Shown: positions 63,300-64,000 of the stretch, one piece after another
Numbering within the stretch: the stretch's first letter is position 1
Layout: every line of letters starts with the position of its first letter
DNA from: an uncultured Acidimicrobiia bacterium
Lineage (GTDB): Bacteria; Actinomycetota; Acidimicrobiia; Acidimicrobiales; AC-14
Length of the DNA: 64,000 nucleotides
Reading direction: 5' to 3'
NCBI GenBank assembly: GCA_963836205.1
Contig: CAWIIV010000007.1
Coordinates: forward strand, 1 to 64,000
Program-made: the position numbers and the translations under genes
Notes under the pieces: model-generated
Told to the model about the DNA's origin: nothing
Seen by the model: only the letters and a program-made list of their open reading frames with translations
Database searches by the model: none

Positions 63300-64000
63300 T
63301 CAGCTCGGCGGACGCCGGTCGGACCATGCCGCCCACAGCTCGGCGTAGCGACCGCCGGCGGAGACCAGCTCGTCGTGGGTCCCCTCCTCCAACCAGGCGG
63401 CCGGCGTCGAGGACCACGATGCGGTCGGCGGTGGCAGCCTGGGTCAGGCGGTGGGCGACGACGAGCGACGTTCGGCCCGCGACCGCGGCCGCGGCCGCCG
63501 CCTCCAGGATCCGGGCCCCGGCGCTGCCCGCCTCGGCAGTGGCCTCGTCGAGGACGGCGACCACAGGGTCGGCCAGGACCAGGCGGGCCAGGGCCAGGTG
63601 CTGGGCCTGAGTGGTGGTCAGGGGGTGGCCGCCGTCGCCGACGACCGTCTCGATGCCCGCGGGCAGGGCCCGGACCCATCCCAGGGCGCCCACCGTGGTG
63701 AGGGCCCGTTCCAGGTCGGCGTCGCTGGCCTCGGGGGCGGCCAGCCGGAGGTCGTCGGCCAGGGTGCCGGCGAACACGTGGACCTCCTGGGTGACGAGGG
63801 CGACGGCGACCGCCCCCGGCGCCACCCCGCCGATCGTCACCGATCCGGCGACGGGCTCGTGGACCCCCGCCACCAGCTTGGCGACGGTGGTCTTGCCCGC
63901 CCCGCTCGCCCCCACCACCGCCACCCGTTGGCCGGCCTCCACCCGCAGCCCGAGCCCGTGGAGGACGAGGTGGTCGGGCTCGTAGGCGAAGTCGACGCCC
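63300..64000 (-). CDS. ABC exporter-type ATP-binding domain (partial, runs off window); frameshift near 63390
   Basis: GASGAGKTT, TQEVHVF, LDEATAE, VAHRL; alternative frame ends EEGTHDELV..GGRYAELW. Confidence 0.85.

Overview
Very GC-rich actinobacterial chromosome segment, probably Acidimicrobiia-like (inferred from gene order and content), spanning the replication origin. It contains tRNA-Ile, DUF3566, gyrA-gyrB-dciA-recF-dnaN-oriC-dnaA, rpmH-rnpA-yidD-yidC-jag-rsmG-parS-parA-parB, trxA/trxB, a SigM/anti-sigma/Ser-Thr kinase block, cca, ino1/PadR, PBP1, panB, rpsF-ssb-rplI (rpsR absent) and an intein-containing dnaB. An accessory region with gene remnants, a patatin, iron-ABC genes and a DUF6036 pair follows. 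The standout is a group II intron (35310-37267) sitting immediately after the ATG of a histone-deacetylase-family gene. It starts UUGCG, ends in its own AUG, has a compensatory gamma-C/gamma'-G pair and an EBS1 loop (CAUG) complementary to a start codon, so it looks like a start-codon-targeting intron, possibly in a leaderless mRNA. Several single-base frameshifts (yidC, jag, intron RT, two ABC ATPases, DUF732-like gene) are probably assembly errors. All family assignments are by motif recognition, not database search.
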